Below, piece after piece: positions 56,067 through 64,000 of a stretch of DNA of 64,000 bases; the stretch's first letter is position 1; each line of letters starts with the position of its first letter. The notes beneath the pieces were generated by a model. It was not told where the DNA came from. It did not search any database and saw only the letters and a list, made by a program, of their open reading frames with translations. The translations under genes and the position numbers were made by a program. Source of the stretch: Callorhinchus milii (Eukaryota); NCBI RefSeq assembly GCF_018977255.1, contig NW_024704743.1:29390001-29454000 (forward strand). The letters run 5' to 3'.

Positions 56067-58837
56067 TTCGACCGAGTATTGCCACAGGACCCATTGCTAT
56101 TTGCAAGTGCATTTATTCACGAGATATTGGTCTAGCTTAGGATCAATGAGGGCCAGGATGCATGAATAAGCTCAGAAACGCTGGTTTTGGAGCTTGTACA
56201 TGACCCTTGAATATGAACGTGAATCCCAAATTGCTGGATCGAGGAGTTTTTGGTCTGATTTGGCCTCAACAACAATTCAGAAGTTGAGGGAGTAGGGATT
56301 GTTTCAGACACGTTTTGACACAAGCTGCGATTGTTGATAGATTGACATAAATAAAGTAGTTAATGCCAAAAGAACAGCATTTAAATGTGTTTCACAATAC
56401 TCCCCGTTCCCCTAATGTAATTAGGAATTCTGCAATTGTGCCCCCCCAGATTCTTAGATTACTGTATTTTACAAGATGTGCAAAGCAAAGAGACTTATTG
56501 TGGCAAACCACTTGACAGATGGAATCTCTTTCTGCCATTACCAAACAAATTGAATGATTTCTGTTTCTTCAAGCAACAGAGTTCTTTCCAACAATAAACC
56601 AACAAACCCAGTAAAATCTAAAATGCGAGTCAGAAATAATTATGCTAACATTGTGGAGAACTACCCATATGAGCTACAATTTAGTAGTACAACAACAACA
56701 ACTTTCATTTATAAAGCACTCTTCACCCGGGTAGGGCCTCGAAGCACTTAACAGATGCAATTTTGTGTCAGAGAAACTATCCAAATCGTCTATTAATCAA
56801 GCATTATAAAAATAAGTAGTTATAAGGATCAGATATTATATCTATTTTTAAATATAATTTCAAAATACAAAAGGTCTGGGAAAGGTAATACATTATGCTA
56901 AAAAATCGTTTCCACAAAACATTTGGAAAAGACGCAGAAACAGGATAAGAAAATGCAGCTGATTTCTCAACTAGCTCTTACACAATATTCTGTGTTCTGC
57001 ATTCAATAAAAAGGTTAATACCATAATGGCAGTCCAAAAATATGCAAGTCAAAACACAATCTTAGGGAAAACAAAGCACCCATACAGACCTGAATTTCAT
57101 CAGCTCTAAATAATATCACATCTGTCATCGTGTCAAGCAGCTTGGCTTGTCTCCATAACAAGACAAAAGTTACCTTTGTTTAGACAGCAAACATGCTTTG
57201 AGCAATCGCCCCCCCACCCCCCAAAAAGAGTATTTCTGCAGAACATAACTAACAACTATACATTAAAAAAGTTAAATGTTGTAAATGTGACAGGTCATTA
57301 TTTTAACCAGTGTAGTCCAAAAATAACATGCAAGACATTTGCCTGCCTAAGTGCAAAAGGTAACATATTCACAGACAAGATTTTCCTGCATGTTTCCAAA
57401 TCCATTTTTTGTGAGTCTCTTTCGTAGTGAAAGTTATAATTTTTGACAGATTAACCTAAATAAAATAGTTAATACCAACAACAGGGATGGGAGATGCAGT
57501 ACACACAAGAGAGGGGAAACATAAAACACCTGGAACAGCGCATATCATTTAACCTCCAATTCACAACAGTTCAGAAATAACTTCTCGTAACTCATTCCAC
57601 TTCATGCTGATATGCCCAACACTGCAAGATTCAAAAGGCAAAATATTCCAGATGATCAAATTAGACACCATTCTTGCAATGCTGCTGTAAAAATAGTTTT
57701 ATATAAATAGATTTAAATGCATATAGTTCAGAGATGACTGAACTAACATATTTGGTCTGGATTTGTAACAATATTAAAAAGCCATACAACTGATATTTGG
57801 ATTGTTAATCCTTACATTTGGAATTTTCTAACTACTGTGTGCAAAAATTGCTTCGTGTTTCTACATTCTACATTAACTTCTATTTAACACCTGTAATGGC
57901 AAAAATACAATAGTGCACAGAGAGGTAATGTTATGGTAACAATTGTTATGATCATCTCCATTCAGAGGTCCGAAATTCTTTTGAAAGGGAATTACAGTAT
58001 TATCTGCACCTTGGGAACTTTGCGAATACGCAGACAGTGTGGATAAATGTCAAATCGTGCAATACATATATTGGCTGCAGCACAAACTTAAAAATGGAAT
58101 AAGTTCCTCAGGAGTTATACTGTCACTATTGTACTACACCATACCAGTGTACGTGCTTATGTGCATGTGCGGGAAGACAGCCAATCTGTACCACAACCTG
58201 GAAGTATATCGAACTCCAGTAACTGTGGGTCCAAAGGATACCAGCATTATAAACAGACTTGTGCTCTAGCAAAGAACCTTATAACATTATCACCCTGTAT
58301 GATGCTTGTGAATTATTTAGCTAACCATTCTTACTGTGGCCTGGTTTTCCTTCCTTCCTCTCAGTCATTATCTAAATCTATTAGATTGTTCCTTCTGTCC
58401 TTTGTTATAGCCTAAAACAGGTCACTCTGGAGAGTTACGCACCGTGTGGTAAAATGAATGCAAGAAACTTTGAAAAGTTAAATGAATGTGAAATTTGGTC
58501 CCATGAGGAATAATGTGTTCCTGGAGGAGGGCTGCTAGAGAAGGCTGGCAGCAATGCCAGCCACTCTGTTATTTCCTCTGTATAGAGTTTAAGTTCAACC
58601 TCTTACACTTTTCAACTTGTGCTTTGAACACAACAAAGTCACAAAAATAATTTTGCAAAGCAAGTTTACTGAACAAAAATATGACAGTCACTTCCTCTCG
58701 TGCTATTTTTAGTGAAATAACCCCTGGAGACCCTCCCTCTTCTCCCCCATCCCAAACGGCATTGTTTTTCCATTACACAATTAATAAGTTCAAAACATTC
58801 GCGATGATTCTACAGATTTCATTAAAGACCAAAAACA

Positions 58838-59180
58838 CAGTGAAACCTTGCTATAAGGTGATTAGTTGCAATGTGGGTTCATTTACTGCAAAAATCAAAA
58901 TTGCTAACGCTGGCTCTATTTGCACTTCAAATCGATTCCCCAGGTCACACTGAGCCAAAATGGCTGACTTCTGGATCATTGGAATGCCACCGATGCCACT
59001 TCAAGCGAGTTACCTTAGGGTAAATGAGTCGTTCACTTCAAGGTTGTTTATGGGACAATTTGCACTCAAATTAGCTGCCACATTTTAATGGGAAGCCAAC
59101 TCGGCAGTGCTGCAAGTCAGGTAAGGCAGTCAGCAAATCAGTGATATATTGGTGGGAACATTATAACTGGGTTTCACTCT
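58838..59180. mobile_element. Possible Tigger/pogo-like MITE (~340 bp)
   Basis: Left end CAGTGAAACCTTGCTATAAG; right end reverse complement GAGTGAAACCCAGTTATAAT; TA follows the right end. Confidence 0.55.
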
Positions 59181-59526
59181 AGTAACAGTAAAACAAATTC
59201 CCATTTTGCTCACTCTCTATTGCATACTAAATTATATACAAAGGCCAGGGCACAACCCTTTCAGTAAAGTTGAGCTGTGATTTCCTGATCAGCGACTCCA
59301 AAGTTGTGAAAACAACTGATTAATGAAATAGGAATGAGTGTACTTGTCACTTGAGTAACCCAGTGCACCTGTCGGCCAGTGGACCTGTCAGAAGTGTCCT
59401 CCCTTTTGGTAACCCTCAGAAACCAGTATGTCTGCATTGATGTGCTATAGAGCAACTGGGCCAACCTCCCACCCCACCCTTTCCGAACATTCACACGAGT
59501 GTAGGCAACGTGTTTGATCGGTCCTG

Positions 59527-59577
59527 TGTTTACAGTTTTTTCTTGATTGATTATTTCTTGATTTATGGCATAAATCA
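59527..59577. promoter_or_regulatory. Candidate enhancer core: FOX site, PBX-HOX site and palindromic pair of TGATTTAT sites
   Basis: TGTTTAC 59527-59533; TGATTGAT 59544-59551; TGATTTATG-G-CATAAATCA 59559-59577. Confidence 0.45.
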
Positions 59578-59774
59578 CAAAAAAAAATGTTGACCGACCA
59601 TAGAGGTAAGTTAATGCATATCGGAGCAGAAAATATGACTTAATGTATGCGATACAGGTGTAGCACTGGTAGACATGGAAAGCCCCTTATCATGCTGCAA
59701 CTTTTCAAAGTTTGTCATTATTCAGCATTCATTAGAAGATTCCAGTTGTCTGAAGCTATCATCAAAGACATTTA

Positions 59775-59925
59775 ATGCTCACAAACAGCCAGGAGGTGAA
59801 TGAGTAATTTATCTGGGGGATTGTTGGCCAGGACAATAGCAGAAGATATTCAACATCCACCTTAACCAAAGCAGACTTTGGTTCAATATCTCAGCTAAAG
59901 GATACCACCTACAACAAGGCAGCAC
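59775..59925 (-). mobile_element. Deu-domain SINE fragment
   Basis: cacaaacagccaggaggtgaatga...gttggccaggaca...aacatccacct...ggttcaatatctca. Confidence 0.72.
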
Positions 59926-60874
59926 CCACCACACGATTAAAAATTCAAAATTACTCTCACAACTCAGGAGGAAATAGCCTCACTATGTATACTGCCCTGC
60001 GTGAAACCATATCCTTACAAGGCATTTTGCTTGAAATTTCAAGCTTCCTGGACCGCTTGAAATGATGATAATGATAGTAACTGCATGTGCTGGTGTCTAA
60101 CACCATAATACAATACAATTTACATTTAATTTATATTGCACCTTTCATGTTGGGATATCTAAAATTGCTGAGAGCTTCACAGTGCTGATGGACGCAACAG
60201 TACAAGTACAAAACAAACAGAAAACATTGAAGTTTTTAAAAAGTGGAATCAAAAGGTCCATGGATTTGTTGTTGCACCAACCAGATATTTTATATTAGTA
60301 GATATTTGTGAAGTACATTGATGGATTTATGTTTAACAGTGGCATCTAACATTTGTTTGCCCCAAATAAGTTTACAATGTGCTCTTTGGTAGATGTTTCT
60401 CAGATCATCTCTGATAAGATCATCTCCATGTTTTCTGTACAGCAGAGAAGTTAGTATCTGTTCAGTAAATTATAAAAGATGTGTCTAAGCCATTCAGCCT
60501 GAAAACTGTACGATAAATCAATCACCACATATCGGCATAGACCATAGATTCATTGCCATGGAAGAGCTATTTTGCTTAAGGGCTTTCCGGTACATTTTAC
60601 AGAAACAAGTAAAAACTGTAAAATTGCTCTGGCCAACTAGTAATCTACAAAAGTATAGTTTCTCAATGAATAAAAATCTTGTTTCTGCAACAATATTTAA
60701 TTGTTTCCAATATTGTTTCATTACAGATATCTTAAAAAGAGAATATGCCAGAGCCAATCAGCGCACTAATTTGGAGGTGCTTTTTCTAAACTAAGGTGAT
60801 TTAAACATCTTTCTGCATCAAGTTACAAATCATGATCATTTTGAGCACGACAATACTTTCAGAACTACTGTTTC

Positions 60875-61075
60875 AATAATAATCCTTACATTTGATATAG
60901 CACCTTTCATATTAGGAAGACATCTCAAAGCGATTCACAGGTTTTACTGTAAAGTCCAGTGACAGTTTATTTTGTAGGGGAACAGCTAATTTGCGCACAG
61001 GAATGGACAATAGATAGCCATCAAGTGGATGGTCAATTTCATCAAGGGGACTGTTGGCCAGGATACCAGGAGAGT
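60875..61075 (-). mobile_element. Deu-type SINE 3' half
   Basis: aatccttacatttgatatagcacc...gttggccaggataccaggaga. Confidence 0.75.
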
Positions 61076-61629
61076 ATCGGTGTGTCACCCTCGACTTTGA
61101 GTTCAAAGACACACAAGTCATCACTATCTTAAACAGAGAATATCCAACAACAACTTGCCCTTATATAGTGCTCTTCACACGGCTCGAGTGCCATATATTG
61201 CAACAATAAAATATACATGCGGGACACTTAGAATATTGGAACTAGACATCCAACAACCAATAAAGAATAGTTAATGTGGTGTTAATGTGAGAGGTAAATA
61301 ATCTAAAAGTAGGAAATGTCTCACAGTTCATTTGAAAATTAGAATTTTTTTTAAAAAAAGTGCCCATTTCAAGGGTGTGAAGTATCCCTTCTTCAGCAAC
61401 TAGATATTCTGGGTTACTATTTTATATGGAAGTTTTACTTAAAATGATAATCAAATTACCATCCCACTCAAATGCAGTTCTTTAACGCACTGTATCGCCC
61501 TGAAAAGAAGCGGTTTAGATGGTGCCTCTCTGCTAATATAGCAAGGTAGTCAGCTACTGGAAAGCAAATAGTGTCTGCATTTTAATGCACTGTGTTAAAT
61601 GTACCAATACCAACCAAGGCCCAATGAAG

Positions 61630-61785
61630 ACTGAGGTGGATAGATATATGTTAGGTCAGGGTATTAAGGAATATGGGGCAAGGGTGGGTAATTGGACTTG
61701 AGATACAGATGAGCCATAATCTTATAGAATGGCAGAACAGGGTCGATGGCCTGAATGGCCTCGTCCTGTTTCGAGGTTTCAATGT
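61630..61785 (+). mobile_element. CR1 LINE 3' end
   Basis: gaggtggatagat...gggtattaaggaatatgggg...gaatggcagaacagg...ggcctgaatggcct. Confidence 0.82.
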
Positions 61786-61789
61786 CAGT

Positions 61790-62136
61790 GGAGTCCTGCG
61801 TCCCAGTGGTTAGAGCACTTGTCTCACTTGGGTTCGATTCCCGTCATGGTGAAACATCGGCCAAGTTTCCTTACTCAACATGCCTCTGTTTACCTAGCAG
61901 TAAACCCGGTTATTAGTCAATTGGCGGATCGCTTTTTCAGGGGTAATAATTCCTTCAAAAAAAATAATAAATTGACCACTCAGTCCACGACTGTTTGTGG
62001 GACACTGCTGTGCGCATTTGGCTGCCGTGTTTCGCCCACAAAATATACAGTCAATTCACTTATATTCTGTGAAGTGCTTTGCGACGTCTCAAAGACATGG
62101 TAAGGTGCTATTTCAAACGCAAGGATTATTATTATT
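61790..62136 (+). mobile_element. tRNA-derived SINE, long form, full length
   Basis: ggagtcctg...cagtggttagagcac...gggttcgattccc head; gcctctgtttacctagcagta middle; tail. Confidence 0.9.
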
Positions 62137-62169
62137 CTCAGCAGTTTTAATAAACAGTAATTCTATCAA

Positions 62170-62570
62170 CTTGAAGAGCATGGTTGTGAGTTCAAGCCCC
62201 ATGTCAGGACTTTGAACTCTCAGTCTAGGTTGACACTCTAATACAGTGCTGAGGGGGTGTTGAATTGTTGGAGATGTTGACCTTTGTATTAATGTTAAAC
62301 TGAGGTGCCATCTGCCTGTTCAGGTGGATGTTTAAGATCCCATGGCACTATTCAAAAAAATAAGAGTTTCTCCTGGTTTCCAACAATCCCCCAGATAAAA
62401 TTGGTTATTCACTTCATGGCTGTTTAAGGGATATTGTTTTGTGCAACACATTGACACTTTTAGCTACAAAATACAATCATTATACTTTAGAGTAAAATCC
62501 TGTGAAGCACTTTGAGACATCGTCCTGATGTGAAAGGCGCTATATCAAATGCAAGAATTTATAATTATTA
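62170..62570 (+). mobile_element. Deu-domain SINE
   Basis: ggttgtgagttcaagcccc; ctgcctgttcaggtggatgtttaagatcccatggcactatt; tail. Confidence 0.88.
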
Positions 62571-62670
62571 TTTTCCAGTGCCACTGGAAGCTTTTGCATA
62601 GTGAGGCTAGTGTCTTCAAACCAAAAACACATTAATTTCTTCACTAAATTAAAGCAGAGTCAAAATGAGT

Positions 62671-62896
62671 TAGGCCTGAAATTCTACCTAATCTTAATCC
62701 CTGTAAGGCCTGTCCTAATATTTCCAGTTATTCAGAAATGTGGAACCTTCTTAAATTCAGTTTTAATTTTGAGCCAATTTATTTATCAGTTTTTAAAACA
62801 AACCAGCTACTAAACTGAGACTGAATTCAAGATTTTTCCCCAATTTTATGTGATGTTAAGTTAAGACAGGCTACGTCTAGATGGAATTCTGGACCT
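62671..62896. mobile_element. Possible hairpin MITE (diverged)
   Basis: ggcctgaaattctacctaa ... ctagatggaattctggacc imperfect TIR; inner aattcagttttaat / actgagactgaatt. Confidence 0.45.
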
Positions 62897-63473
62897 CTGG
62901 CATGTGTAGGACACACTACTTGAATTGTCTGCATAAAGTACATGCCCAAACCATACCTATATTAAATGCAAGGATTATTATATTACACATGCATATTAAT
63001 TCATCTGTATTTACCTTTGGAAAAACTACATATTTCAAAATCCAAATGATTTGGGCATGAATAGACATCATCTTGAATATTTTGACTTGGGGCCAAATTT
63101 CATATCTGTGGTATTGTATTTTGCCCGTTTTGCTTTCCAACCGCAAACTTGTGGGGAAAAAAAACATAGCGGTCTCAGAATTTCACAGTAATCAAAACAG
63201 CAAATGATTTCTCCACAAAGTTGCAGTGATGTGTTATGTTCCTTAATCCTTAGTGGAAACATAATCACAGATCAACATGGAGCTCAATGACAGCAGATAT
63301 TATACCAACAGCAGCTGTCAGCATAAAAAGGAACAAAGCCAAACCATACATTGTAGCCTACATTATTAAAGATAACAAATACCAGGACCCATGGAGTTGC
63401 TTCAGCATAATAAGTCTCAGGTGTATCTCATTCTCGCAGATAGACACAGTGCAACCCGATTATACCATTTATA

Positions 63474-63680
63474 AATAATAATCCTTATAATGCTTGCATT
63501 TGATATAGCGCTTTTTACGTCTTCTCGACGTCTCAAAGTGCTTCACAGAATATACTGTAAAGTGAATTGACTGTATATTTGGTGGGCGAAATATATTGTA
63601 GTATAACCACCACCCCCAAAATTGATCACTCACTCCATAGCTGTTTCTGGGACAATGCTGTGCATGACTGGCTGCCACAT
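63474..63680 (-). mobile_element. SINE 3' fragment with a locally inverted internal piece
   Basis: Minus-strand tail 63474-63592, then a plus-strand body piece aaattgatcactcactccatagctgtttctgggacaatgctgtgc at ~63618-63680. Confidence 0.7.
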
Positions 63681-63874
63681 GTCATCCACATATACATATA
63701 TATATATATGTATATAAACATATATATATGTATCCTTCAGGGTTCCTATATATCCCTTTTGTATTTAATTATATGGACCTACATTATATGGAAGTGCAGT
63801 AAATCTCTGCCTTCTGGTGCAGACCCACCGATTTCCTGGGCAGACTGGCTGGTTTCCTGAGAAACCAAAACCCC

Positions 63875-64000
63875 ACCAGATAAAATGAGTCATTCACCCC
63901 AAGGCTATTTGTGGGATGCTGCTGTGTGGTAATTAGCTACCCTATTCCCCTTCAAACAGCCAATACACTTTATATTATATCCTGTGAAGCGCTTTCAAAC
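63875..64000 (+). mobile_element. Deu-type SINE 3' fragment running off the window
   Basis: ccagataaaatgagtcattcac...tttgtgggatgctgctgtg...cctgtgaagcgcttt. Confidence 0.7.

Overview
Vertebrate genomic DNA; the repeat content (Deu-domain SINEs, tRNA-derived SINEs with L2-type tails, L2, CR1, RTE) points to a cartilaginous fish, though this is inference. The whole window lies inside one minus-strand gene, GMDS (GDP-mannose 4,6-dehydratase). Three internal coding exons are visible: 18187-18379 (193 nt), 16750-16854 (105 nt) and 11536-11663 (128 nt). They splice in frame to 142 codons covering the catalytic T...YxxxK region. The rest is intron (>45 kb upstream, >11 kb downstream) holding retroposon fragments, hairpin MITEs and repeat-poor stretches that may be conserved enhancers. 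Nearly all ORF-track entries are spurious. I found no new protein-coding system. Best leads: a GC-AG intron splitting the catalytic motif; a Gly->Arg change at a usually conserved residue; a near-identical inverted SINE pair inserted into one L2; a modular SINE family with a conserved 3' stem and variable loop; an unclassified poly(A)-ended retroposon in four copies; and a palindromic PBX-HOX/FOX site cluster. Repeat boundaries are by eye and approximate; repeat names come from remembered consensus motifs, not a search.
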